NCBI GenBank assembly: GCA_964016885.1
Contig: OZ024742.1
Location: forward strand, 47,182,001 to 47,246,000
Length of the DNA stretch: 64,000 bases
Reading direction: 5' to 3'
From: Eledone cirrhosa
Taxonomy: Eukaryota
This document shows positions 38,201-51,000 of the stretch, one piece after another. Made by a program: the position numbers and the translations under genes. The stretch's first letter is position 1. Each line of letters starts with the position of its first letter. The notes beneath the pieces were generated by a model, which worked only from the letters and a program-made list of their open reading frames with translations, was not told the DNA's origin and ran no database searches.

Positions 38201-40727
38201 AAACGACGTTCTTGCGGCGAGATTGGCACTCGACCAATTCTTCAACGCAAAACACGTGCTCTGAAACACGAGGGGACAAAAGCCGTCCAATGGGCCCGGG
38301 TGGCAGAGGGGCGACGTGGCAACAAAGCCACAATTCGGTCTTTGTCAGACCAAAACGGGTGCGTGTTGCTCGAACCCGAGAAGATGTGTGAAGCTTTTCA
38401 GCAGCACTTTGCGGAACTGTTCAGGGTCAGCGGCGGCCCGGATCGGGGCATGGACTTCAGTGCATACCTCGACGGACTGCTTCGGCTCTCGACGACCGCA
38501 ACACAGTGTTGCGAAAAGCCAATAACAGCCGGTGAAATACGGGAAGCGATAGCTAACTGCACGACGGGTAAATCGCCAGGTTTGGATGGTCTGCCCTACG
38601 AGCTTTATGCATTTATGCCAGACTTGTTCGGTGACCTCTAGGCAGACGTCTACTGGAACTGGCAGCAGAACGGGAGCATTCCCAGTTTTGTGAGCCGGGG
38701 AGCGGTGGCGCTGCTGAGAAAAGACCCGAACAAGGGGGATGTTATCGATAATTTCAGGCCCATAACCTAGCTAAATGCAGAGTTCAAGATTTTGGCCACG
38801 GTGTTAGCAACGAGGTTGGCGCTTGTCGTCAAGGGTCTGGTGGGAGAGGCGCAGACATGCGCCATTCCGGACAGATCCATACATGACAACCTCCACCTCA
38901 TGCGATACATCATAGAAAGGGTGGTTAAGGAACCTGGCACGGGTGGGGGCCCTGATCAACTTGGATCAATCCAAATCATTCGATAGGGTCGACCATCGCT
39001 ACATGGCAGCCGGTTTCGGGCCCGTTTTCAGGGGTTGAATCGCTGCGATGAACAGCGACATCTGCTCAGTTGTGAGGGTGAACGGTCACCTGTCGCAGGC
39101 GTTCAGCATCATGCGCTCAGTCAGGAATACGAAGCGGTGACAGGAGCAAGGGTAAACCAGGAAAGTTCGGTGGGCTTGCAGCTCGGCACCTGGAGAGGAA
39201 GGTCCATGCCGTCCGACAGCGTCGTGGGGCGTTGGACGGACGGAGCGGTTAAATTGCTCGGGGTCTGGTTCGGAACGGACCTCCAGATGGAGAAAAACTG
39301 GAACGAGGTGACGAGGAAGGTGGCCTCCCTCACCCAAAAATGGGCTGAGAGGAAGCTATCCCTGAAAGGCCGGGCGGAGGTGGCGAATGCGTACATCGCA
39401 TCCTTCATCTGCTACCGCCTCACCGTCGTCCCTTGCTCCAGCCCAACTCTCACCAAAATGGAGCGGCTCCTCTTTTGCTTTTTGTGGAAGGGACGCGCTT
39501 CCATGGTCAGACGATCCATCTGCTGTCAACACCCGTTGCATGGAGTACTGGGCATGTCATGGCTGATGATGCGCAAACATGCGCTGAGGCTGCGACATCT
39601 CTGGTGCTTCCTTGATGGTGAACAGGTGTGGTCGCCGTTCGCCAGGCACGTTTTCCCACAGCTCCCTCCTTGAGGGAGCTGCAGTCCTGGGTCAGAAAAA
39701 GAACGAGGGATAGCGCTTGGAAACTCCAGGCGCTCACTGTCTCCAGGCGCTCACTGTCTCCAGGCGCTCACTGCCCTCTCCCAGCTGGGCACCAGTATCG
39801 GTGGAACATCCACCTCGGCGTTCTATAGAGGACTAGTGGAGCGGAAGAGCGACGACATTCTCGGAGAGATCCTGGACGTCGAAGAAGATCAGCTGTTTGC
39901 TCTCTTCCGGAGAATTTTAAGCCCGGGGCCTATGGATAACTTCTAAAAATCCCTGGCCTGGCAGTGCTACCGGGGAGCGTTGCCGGTTCGAGATAAGCTC
40001 TACAGGCACGGAAGTGCCGTCAGCCGAGCCAGTCTGAGATGCGCGCAGAGCGACGAAACCGTTGTGCACGCACTCGATCAGTGCCCGAGCATTGCTGACT
40101 TGTGGAGCTATGTCGAACAGTTGCTGTCGCGTGTGGGACTGATCCGGTTGTCGACTGAGTCCATTGTGCAGATGGTCTCGCCGTCTTCCATCGAGGAGTA
40201 ATGGCGGTTTTCATCTGACTGGTGGTCATGGCGAAAGAGATTGTGTGGTGGACAAGGATAAAAGGGTTAAAGAGAGACACTTTCCTCTTCGGCGAATCCC
40301 TAATTAACTTTTTCAAGTTTCACTTGAAGAGGAAAATCAGGGTGGAGAGGCAAGTGCTGCTTTCTAGCAAGTTTGTTGAAAGGTGGGTGAATGTAGCGAG
40401 AATGGTCCGAGTGAACGGAACCACTCTGAATATACGTCTGTAGTTTGAGAGATGGAAAAATTGAGAGAGGTCGCTTGCCCTTGTGGTCAAGGTGGTTTTC
40501 GCCACGAGTAACCCTCGGAGGGTTCCCCTCTATTGGGGAATTGTTCTTTGTTTCAATTTTCATTTTTATTGTTTATATATATATATAATTCTATGTCCTT
40601 TTTTCTTTTATTATATAAATAATAAAAATATTTACACGCACAAAACCCACATCGTACCGTCCTGTACCGTCCTGTACCGTCTGTAATGTTTTTCTTGATG
40701 TCAGCCCTTGTGGCCAATAAAGAAATC
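35273..40727 (+). mobile_element. full-length Tx1/L1 LINE type C (diverged subfamily), decayed
   Basis: Follows (ATT)n(GTT)n; ORF1 remnants homologous to type A (TVTYRTVS..RVERATEAQIQKAL..VPSYCGQK); ORF2 starts MTVIRISSINARG at 37242; 3' CCCTTGTGGCCAATAAAGAAATC(ATT)n; 17-bp unit triplicated at 39724-39773. Confidence 0.9.
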
Positions 40728-40757
40728 ATTATTATCATTATTATTATTATTATTATT

Positions 40758-43700
40758 GGCGACCTACGTAGTAAATCGTATCATCGTGAGCTCCGCAAAG
40801 GTTTGTTATTTTCAGTTGTTTAAAATTGCCATTCATGGAAATTTTTTATTGTTAACTGTATATAAGTGCACATACATTGTTATCTGAAAAGCACACCCAA
40901 AAAGATTGGGGCCTTGAGCCCAAAATTTAAACTTTTATAATTATCAAACAAACATTTTTCTTTGAAAAATCATGGCTGACTCAGAGTCACTCCTTTCTCA
41001 CAAACTAACACCTCACACCGACACCACCATTGTAAATATTACTACGTTTGCCAACACTAAAAAAAATATAAGCGGTAGCAATATTTTAAATTTGTCTGAG
41101 GCAGACATTCATTTCCCGCCATTACCAAAGACTGCAGGTCTTAAAGCCGCCACCCCCACCACCACCGCGACAACAGAAACAAAAGAAAAAAATAAATTAA
41201 CTCGTGATATCGAAATGAATTCAAGCAAAATGAACTCTTCCACACCGAACACCACTGACGCCACCACCACCACCACCACCACCACAACTGAAACTAAAAT
41301 TAATACTAACAAAAATAACGATAACAACAACAGCAACAATGACATTAAGAAAACCACCCTCAGTTTTGCCAGAGTAGCAAAACAGTGCAAGCATTTCAGG
41401 TAACTCAGGAGGAATTAGAAGAAGCAAAACATCTGGTAAAGAAAGATGGGTACAGCCTCAGCCCCCCCCCCCCCCACATCACACCTAATAAAATGGAGCA
41501 TCGGCGCCTATGCACCGTGTCTTATCGAACAATTAATATAAAATCGCGCCGAGTGGAACGGGCATCCGAGTCCCAAATCCAAAAAGCTTTGGGACATGAG
41601 TGGGCAAAAAAACCCACATCAGACGTGGGCAGAAGTATGGAACCGTGGACGTGATCTTTGAAACACCACAGGAGGCTAGAGAACATTCCATGGCCCCATT
41701 AAGAAATGACGACTTCACACCCGTCCCAAGCTATTGTGGCCAGAGACTCGTAAAGTCAGGGTCACCCACGTTCCACCGGCCATCGAAATTCCCTGACTAA
41801 TAGCTGCCGTCCTCGGCGGCAACGAAGCCAACACCAATATAATCGAAATAGCGAAAAAAAAGCAGGAGAACTGGTCCGGATCTGGGATGGAGCTCCTGAT
41901 CCAGGCGGACCCAAAAAGCATTGAGGAGATCCCAGAGGTAATAGACATCACTGACGGCAGCCATCTCACCGTAATTGTCGAGGGCAGAAGGCCTAGGTGT
42001 GTCGTTTGTGGTGAAGGAACCCACCCAAGGGCTTTCTGCCCTCAGGATAAAAGGTTGAGGCCACCTCTCCTACCCACCCCAGTGACTCAACCATCAACAC
42101 CAGCAGCAGCAGAGATGGCAGCAACAACTGTAGCAGCAATAACAGAAGCAACTGTAACAGCAACAACCCCAGCAACAGTAGCAAAACCACCACCACCACC
42201 ACCCAACGCGCCAGAAGCAGCACCAGCGCCTACACCATTCACCACGCCACAACCAAAACTAACGCCTGTGGAGGATTTTCCACTCCCCGGCCTATCACAA
42301 CTGGAGACAAATTGTGACGACGAGGAGTGGGAAATGGTATCAGGAAAAAAGAAATAAAGAAACCAAAAAAGAAAAAATTCTCTTCCTTCCCCCTCCAAAA
42401 ACAAAATACAGAGGGAAACAAATATACTATCAAACAAAAAAGTTAGGACAGATATCACCCCAAACAGATATTACCCCAAACACCAACACCATCACCATCA
42501 TTAACCCCAACACCACCATCACCTACACCACAAAAGTCAAAAAAAGCGAAACAGAAACAAAGCCACAACAAACGCAAACAAAACAAAACAACCAAAAGGA
42601 TAAACACTACACAGCATTAAATTTGAACAACAACCAATTATTACACTACATGAAACACCAATGTGTACGTATCTCCCAGCCGTCCGGGATCAGGAGGAGG
42701 AGTTGCTGTGCTTTTTCGGAGAAGTTTGGATCTCGCCATACGTGTCATCTTCCTGGACCCAGAAGGTAAGTTGGTGGTGCTAGACGTGACCAGCAGAGAC
42801 GGGCAAGCTTTCAGGCTAGTGGCCGTCTATGCCCCGACAGGAGCAGGGCGGCCTCATTTCTTCCGGCGTCTGGAGACCTTTCTTGGAACGTCCAGCTCTT
42901 TAGTGTTAGTGGGCGACTGGAATGGGATTTTAGATGCACGCTGGGAGTGTGTGGGGTTAGTGGATAGGGGAGGAGAGTGCAAGAGTCTCACCAAGCTGCT
43001 CAGGCGTTTTGAACTGTCTGACAGGTACCGATTGGATTTCCCGAATGTGCCAATGTGGACTTGGACAAATCGCATAGGCTCATCCAGATCATATCTAGAT
43101 AGAGTATTTTGTACGGAAATAGATAGGTCTAGTGTAGGCTGTCCACAATTCAAGATAGTCAGCTACACGGACCACAAATTCGTGATCTGTGTGCTTGACT
43201 TAGATAGGCTTCATAGACGAGGACCCGACTACTGGAAGCTAAACGCGTCCTTACCAGCGCGCAAGGCCTACAGAGACCGGATTAGCGAACTAGTTAAGCG
43301 GGCGTTGACGGAGGCCATCGTCAACATCAAGTGGTGGTTTGCTCTCAAAAGAGCAATTAGAATAGAGTCCATTAGGTTTAGTAAGGCTTTAGCAATAGAG
43401 GAAAATAGAGCAGAGGGAGAATTAGTTCGAAAATTAGACGAGGCGCTTAGCAAAGGCATCGCGACCCTGTACTTGCGGCGAAATGGGCCCTTGACCAATT
43501 CTTCATTGCAAATCTCGTAGGCTGCTTTGTCAGAGCTAGGGTGCGTGCTCTCAGACACGAGGGGACGAAAGCCGTTCAATGGGCCCGAGTGGCGGAGGCG
43601 CGTCGCGGCAACAAAGCTACGATCCGGTCTTTGGTGGACCACGACGAGCGCATGCTACTCGATCCGGGGCAAATGTGTGAAGCTTTTCAGTGACACTTCG

Positions 43701-46160
43701 CACAGCTGTTCGGGGGCAGCGGCGGGCCGGATCGAGGGATGGACTTTAGTGTCTACCTCGACGGACTGCCGCGGCTCTCGCCCACTGAGGCGGAGTGTTG
43801 CGAAAAGACGATAACAGCCGCTGAAGTACGGGAGGCAATGACTGGCTGCAGAAGGGGTAAATCGCCTGGTTTGGATGGTCTGCCCTATGAAATTTACGTA
43901 CAGATGCCAGAATTGTTCGGAGGCCTCTTGGCGGACGTCTACTGCAACTGGCAACAGAACGGGAGAATACCCAACTCTGTGAGCCGAGAAGCTGTAGCGC
44001 TACTGAGAAAGGATCCGAACAAGGGGGATAACATAGATAATTTCAGGCCCATAACTCTGCTAAACACAGAGTTCAAGATTTTGGCCAAGGTGCTAGCAAA
44101 GAGGTTGGCGCCTGTCGTTGGTGGTCTGGTGGAAGAGGCGCAGACGTGCGCCATTCCCGACAGATCCATCCACGACAACCTCCACCTCATGCGATACATC
44201 GTAGAGAGTGTATAGGGAACCTGGCACGGGTGGGTCCTTGATCAATTTACATCAGTCGAAAGCTTTCGATAGGGTCGACCATCGTTACCTAGCGGCAGTC
44301 CTGAGGGCGGCTTGCTTTGGGCCCGTCTTCAGAGGCTGGATCACTGCCATGCACAGCGACATCTGCTCTGTGGTGAGAGTGAACGGTCACCTTTCGGAAC
44401 CGTTCAACATCAACTGCTCGGTCCGCCAAGGATGTCCCCTCTCGTCCCTCTTGTACGAATTGACTCTCGAGCCATTACTGCACAAACTGGAGACGTTGAG
44501 GGGAGGGGGGATCCTGCGCGAACTAGGATGCGGAAGATCCGTGTCAGAATATGCGGACGATGTCACCGTAGTGGTGTCGAACGCCAAACACATCGAGGCG
44601 ATCGGCACTACACTAAGAGAATACTAAGCGGTGACAGGAGCAATGATCAATCAGGAAAAGTCAGTGGGCCTGCAGCCGCACCTGGAGAGGCAGGTCCATG
44701 CCGTCTAACAGCGTCGTCGGGCGCTGGACGGACGGACCTGTTAAATTGCTAGTGGTCTGGTTCGGTCCGGACCTCCAGACGGACAAAAACTGGGACGAGG
44801 TGACGAGCAGGTTGGCTTCTCTTACCCAGAAATGGGTGGAGAGGAAGCTATCCCTGAAAGGTCGAGCGGAGGTGGCTAACGCGTACATTGCGTCCGTCAT
44901 CTACTACCGTCTGACCGTCGTACCCTGTTATAAGCCCCGCCTGACTGTGCTGGAGCGTTTGATCTTTCGCTTTTTGTTGAAGGGACGCGCTCCGATGGTC
45001 AGGCGGTCCATCTGCTGTCAATACCCGCTACGTGGAGGGCTGGGCATGCCGTGGTTGATGATGCGCAGACACGCGCTCAGGCTACGACATCTCCACTTCT
45101 TCCTCGACGGTGATCAGGTGTGGTCGCCGTTTGCTAGACACGTCTTTCCCCAGCTCGTCTCCTCGACGGAGCTGCAGTCCTGGGTCAAGCGAAGACCGAG
45201 AGGGAGCGCTTGGAGACTGGAATGTCTTCAGGCGCTCACAGCCCTCGACCAATCGGGCAATGTGATCGATGGAAACGCCACCATGGCGTTCTATAGAGGA
45301 TTAGTGGAGGGGAAGTGCGACGACGTACTTGGAGAAACTCTAGGCATCGATGAAAATCAACTAGCCAATCTCTTCGGAAAGACTTTCGGGACGGGGCCTA
45401 TGGATAACTTCCGGAAATCCCTGGCCTGGCAGTGCTACCGAGGAGCTTTGCCAGTTCGGGATAAACTCTACAGGCATGGAGGTGCCGTCCCCCGAGCATA
45501 TCCGAGATGCGCGCAGGGCGACGAAACCGTCCTGCACGCACTCGTCCAGTGTCCGAGCATTGATGACTTGTGGGTTTATGTCGAACACCTGCTGTCACGC
45601 GTAGGACGGATCAAGCTATCAGCTGAGTCAAACGTGAGGATTGGCCCGCCCACTTCCTTTAGCCGGGAAGGGCAGGCAGTTTTTATCTGTCTGGTGGCCA
45701 TGGCGAAAGAGATAGTATGGTGGACAGGTTTGAAAGGGCTGAAGACGAGCACTTGCCTCTTCGGTGATGCCCTGATTAACTTTTTCAAATTTCATTTGAA
45801 AAGGAAAATCAGGGTAGAGAGGGAAGTGCTCTCTTCCCAGCATTTTGTTGAACGATGGGTGAGAGAAGCAAATATGGCCCGAGTTAATGGGCCTACTCTG
45901 AGTATGTGTCTGTAAATTAAAGGTGGAAAACTGGGAGAGGGCACTTGCCCTGGTGGTCAGGATCACTGTGGTCTTTTAATGGGCTTTCTCCACAAATGTC
46001 CCTCGGAAGTCTCCCCCCTATTGGGGAATTTTTCATTGTTAATTTTAATGCATCCTCTGTTTTTTTTACACGCAGAAATGCCCATTTGTACCGTCCTGTA
46101 TTGTCCTGTACTGTCCTTAATGTCTACTTTATGTACACCCTTGTGGTTAATAAAGAAAAC
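40758..46160 (+). mobile_element. Tx1/L1 LINE type B, 5'-complete, with a deletion across the ORF1/ORF2 junction (~42660), decayed
   Basis: 5' GGCGACCTACGTAG after (ATT)n; ORF1 MADSESLLSHKL..CVVCGEGTHPRAFC; ORF2 pieces 42663-43520, 43739-44215, 44208-44627, 44698-45915 near-identical to type A; (ATT)n tail. Confidence 0.92.
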
Positions 46161-46220
46161 ATTATTATTATTATTATTACTTTTATTATAATTATTATCA
46201 TCATCATCAGTAGTGACGTT

Positions 46221-46434
46221 GGTGGATTGGCAGAATCGGTAGAATATTGGATAAAAGGAATTGCAGCATTTAGTTATGAACATTTACGTTCTGATTTCAA
46301 ATCGCGCCGAGGTTAGCTTTGCCTTTCATCCTTGCAGGGTCGATAAAATAAAGCACCAGTAATGTATTGGAGTAGATTTACTCAACTTTCCCCACCTCCT
46401 TCAAATTGCTGGCCTTGTGTCTAAAGTTGAAATA
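46221..46434 (+). mobile_element. SINE S1 copy (older, longer tail variant)
   Basis: GGTGGATTGGCAGAATCGG head; GCCTTTCATCC core; GCTGGCCTTGTG tail. Confidence 0.82.
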
Positions 46435-47348
46435 ATTATTATTATCAGTAGTAGTTATAATGGGGGTCGTATTATTACCCTTTGTATTTGTTATTTGTAT
46501 TGTTAATATCATACAAATTAAAGTTAGTTTTACGACTTTCACCTGATTGATTCATATATTTCTAAAATAATAGGATACATTTTTCAGTATTTATTTCTTC
46601 ACTTTACAGTAACATTTATCCAATTTCAGATAGAATGTTTCATAATAGAATTCTCTTTCCAGTTGACAGCAAACACTGTTCTTATGAATTACATAAACTT
46701 TATTTTATCTGTTATTCTATTTTTTGCAGTGGCGCACATATATTTGGATATTTTTGGATATGTTCTATAATGAATTGTGATTATGTTAAAGTGTTCTGTA
46801 GAACTAATTATTGTGCGATACATTCCTTACAGCATTGTAACATTACGCAGTAACACCTGCTATAAAGTTGACTATTGATTCATCTAGTTAAGAAAATAAT
46901 GTCAATGATATATATCTATACTCACATTGCCCGAAAATATATGTGTGGATACCAAGTGAGTGGTTCTTTCTGTTTTGTCTTGTTTTTAACTTTGTTGTAG
47001 AGAAGTAGGTGCATTTTTTAAAAATAGATCCAGTAGATTATAAACTCTACTGTTTCTCATATATCTGAATCTAGGCTTAGTGTTAGGTTTGTTATTTGTA
47101 TTCTAACAAACTAATGTATCTTTATTACCTTTAATATACCACCTATAATAACCTTTGTTAGTGTAATTTATTCTCGTGACAAATTTGATTCAGCAAACTT
47201 GTAATGAGGCACTTTCCAGGCACGGGTAGCTTGCCTTGCCCCCTTATGTGTTGGTAAAGTTTGATTTGATTTTTATAATGTTGCTATTCCAAGCTGATGA
47301 AGCCAACACGTTGATGCTCCCTCGTAACAATTAAACAATATTAATAAT

Positions 47349-47522
47349 TGTTTCTACTTTAGGCACAAGACCACAAATTACCCAGTGCATTACTGGTACT
47401 TTATTTTATCGACCCCGTAAGGATGAAAGGCAAAGTCAACCTCGGCAGATTTGAACTCAGATCCTAAAGGGACGTAACTATGCTGGAAAGCATGGCGTCC
47501 GACTCTCCACCGATACTGCCAA
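47349..47522 (-). mobile_element. SINE S1 copy
   Basis: Reverse complement of S1. Confidence 0.87.
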
Positions 47523-47797
47523 TAATGTTGGTCGAAGTCAACTTTGCATTTCATCCTTTAAGAGTCAATAGAAAAGTATCAGTCTGGCACTGGGGTCGAT
47601 TCTTCCTTTATATCTTTTTCCCACTTCCGTTCTCTCATTTTCGTAATTCTTCTCTGGAAGAAACTCCTGTATTCAGACCTGGAGAGGAAATAGGCTCCGT
47701 TAGGTTTTAAAAGGCCTCCAAAAAGGCCGCGTGGAAGTACAGTGCCCCTACGATTCCCTCAGTTACGGACAAGATGAATAATAATAATAATAATAAT

Positions 47798-47981
47798 TGT
47801 TTCTACTTTAGGCACAAGGCCAGCAATTACCCAGTGTATTACTGGTACTTTATTTTATCGACCCCGTAAGGATGAAAGGCAAAGTCAACCTCGGCGGGAT
47901 TTGAACTCAGATCGTAAAGGGACGTAACTATGCTGGAAAGCATGGCGTCCGAACCTCTACTGATAGTGCCAATCCACCGCC
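47798..47981 (-). mobile_element. SINE S1 copy between two (TAA)n tracts
   Basis: Reverse complement of S1; (TAA)n at 47777-47797 and 47982-48013. Confidence 0.9.
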
Positions 47982-48013
<32 letters not shown>

Positions 48014-48014
<1 letters not shown>

Positions 48015-51000
48015 TTTTCTTTATTAACCACAAGGGTTTACATAAAGTAGACATTAAGGACAGTACAAGACAATACAGGACGGTACAAATGGGCATTTCT
48101 GCGTGTAAAAAAACAGAGGATGTAATAAAATAACAAAGAAAAACACCCCAATAGGGGGGAGACTTCCGAGGGACATTTGTGGAGAAAGCCCATTAAAAGA
48201 CCACAGTGACCCTGACCACCAGGGCAAGTGCCCTCTCCCAGTTTTCCACCTTTAATTTACAGACACATACTCAGAGAAGGCCCATTCATTCGGGCCATAC
48301 TTGCTTCTCTCACCCATCTTTCAACAAAATGCTGGGAAGATGGCATTTCCCTCTCTACCCTGATTTTCCTTTTCAAATGAAATTTGAAAAAGTTAATCAG
48401 GGCATCACCGAAGAGGTAAGTGCTCGTCTTCAGCCCTTTCAAACGTGTCCACCATACTATCTCTTTCGCCATGGCCACCAGACAGATAAAAACTGCCTGC
48501 CCTTCCCGGCTAAAGGAAGTGGGTGGGGCAATCCTCACGATGGACTCAGCTGATAGCTGGATCCGTCCTACACGTGACAGCAGGTGTTCGACATAAACCC
48601 ACAAGTCAGCAATGCTCGGACACTGGACGAGTGCGTGCAGGACGGTTTCGTCGCCCTGCGTGCATCTCGAACATGCCCGGCTGACGGCACCTCCGTCCCT
48701 GTAGAGTTTATCCCGAACTGTCAAAGCTCCCTTGTAGCACTGCCAGGCCAGGGATTTCCGGAAGTTGTCCATAGGCCCCGGCCCGAAAGTTCTTCCGAAG
48801 AGATTGGCTAGTTGATTTTCGTCGACGCCTAGAGTTTCTCCAAGTACGTCGTCGCTCTTCCCCCCCACTAATCCCCTACAGAACGCCAAGGTGGCGTTTC
48901 CATCGATCACATTGCCCGATTGGTCGAGGGCTGTGAGCGCCTGAAGACATTCCAGTCTCCAAGCGCTCCCTCTCGGTCTTCGCTTGACCCAGGACTGCAG
49001 CTCCGTCAAGGAGACGAGATGGGGAAAAACGTGTCTAGCAAACGGCGACCACACCTGATCACCGTCGAGGAAGAGGTGGAGATATCGTAGCCTGAGGGCG
49101 TGTTTGCGCTTCATCAGCCACGGCATGCCCAGCCCTCCACGTAGCGGGTGTTGACAGCAGATGGACCGCCTGACCATCGGAGCACGTCCCTTCCACAAGA
49201 AGCGAAAGAGCAAACGCTCCAGCGCAGGCAGGCGGGGCTTAGGACAAGGTACGACGGTCAGGCGGTAGTAGATGACGGACGCGATGTACGCTTTAGCCAC
49301 CTCCGCTCGACCTTTCAGGGATAGCTTCCTCTCAGCCCATTTCTGGGTTTTGAAGCCACCCTGCTCGTCACCTCGTCCCAGTTTTTGTCCGTCTGGAGGT
49401 CTGGACCTAACCAGACCCCTAGCAATTTAACAGGTCCGTCCGTCCAGCGCCCGACGACGCTGTTAGACGGCATGGACCTGCCTCTCCAGGTGCCGAGCTG
49501 CAGGCCCACTGACTTTTCCTGGTTGATCATTGCTCCTGTCACCGATTCGTATTCTCTTAGTGTAGTGCCGATTGCATCGATGTGTTTGGCGTTCGACACC
49601 ACTACGGTGACATCGTCCGCATATGCTGACACAGATCTTCCGCATCCTAGTTCGCGCGGGACCCCCCTCAACGTCTCCAGTTTGTGCAGTAATGGCTGGC
49701 GAGTCAATACGTACAATAGGGACGAGAGGGGACATCCTTGGCGGACTGAGCGCATGATGTTGAACGGTTCCGAAAGGTAACCGTTCACTCTCACTACAGA
49801 GCAGATGTCGCTGTGCATGGCAGCGATCCAGCCTCTGAAGACGGGCCCAAAGCCAGCCGCCCTCAGGACTGCCGCTAGGTAACGATGGTCGACCCTATCG
49901 AAGGCTTTCGACTGATCTAAACTGATCAAAGACCCACCCGTACCAGGTTCCCTAGCTACCCTCTCTACGATGTATCGCATGAGGTGGAGGTTGTCGTGGA
50001 TGGATCTGTCGGGAATGGCGCAAGTCTGTGCCTCTCCCACCAGACCACCAACGACAAGCGCCAACCTCTTTGCTAGCACCTTGGCCAAAATCTTGAACTC
50101 TGTGTTTAGAAGAGTTATGGACCTAAAATTATCTATGTTATCCCCCTTGTTCGGATCCTTTCTCAGCAGAGCCACCGCTCCTCGGCTCACAGAGCTGGGA
50201 ATTCTCCCGTTCTGTTGCCAGTTGCAGTAGACGTCCGCCAAGAGGCCTCCGAACAAGTCTGGCATTTGTATGTAAAGTTCATAGGGCAGACCATCCAGAC
50301 CAGGCGATTTACCCCTTCTGCAGCCAGTCATTGCCTCCCGTACTTCAGCGGCTGTTATCGGTTTTTCGCAACACTCCGCCTTACTAAACCTAATGGACTC
50401 TATTCTAATTGCTCGTTTTAGAGCAAACCACCCCTTGTTGTTGACGATGGCCCCCGTCAACGCCCGCTTAACTAGTTCGCTAATCCGGTATTTGTAGGCC
50501 TTGCGCGCTGGTGAGGACGCGTTTAGCTTCCAGTAGCCGGGTCCTCGTCTATGAAGCCTATCTAAGTCAAGCACACAGATCACGAATTTGTGGTCCGTGT
50601 AGCTGACTATCTTGAATTGTGGACAGCCTATGCTAGACCTATCTATTTCCCTACAAAATACTCTATCTAGATATGATCTGGATGACCCTATGTCCACATT
50701 GGTACATTGGGGAAATCCATTCAGTACCTGTCAGACAGTTCAAAACGCCTGAGCAGGTTGGTGAGACTCTTGCACCCTCCTTCCCTATCCACTAATCCCA
50801 CACAATCCCAGCGTGCATCTAAGATCCTGTTCCAGTCGCCCACTAACCCTAAAAAGCTGGACGTTCCAAGAAAGTTCTATAGACGCCGGAAGAAATGAGG
50901 CCGCCCTGCTCCTGTCGGGGCATAGACGGCCACTAACCTGAAAGCTTGCCCGTCTCCGCTGGTCACGTCCAGCATCACCAACTTACCTTCTGGGTCCAGG

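Noticed and set aside
39724-39773. Short direct-repeat array (CRISPR-like)
   Set aside because: Three contiguous 17-bp units without spacers inside a decayed LINE; slippage duplication in eukaryotic DNA.
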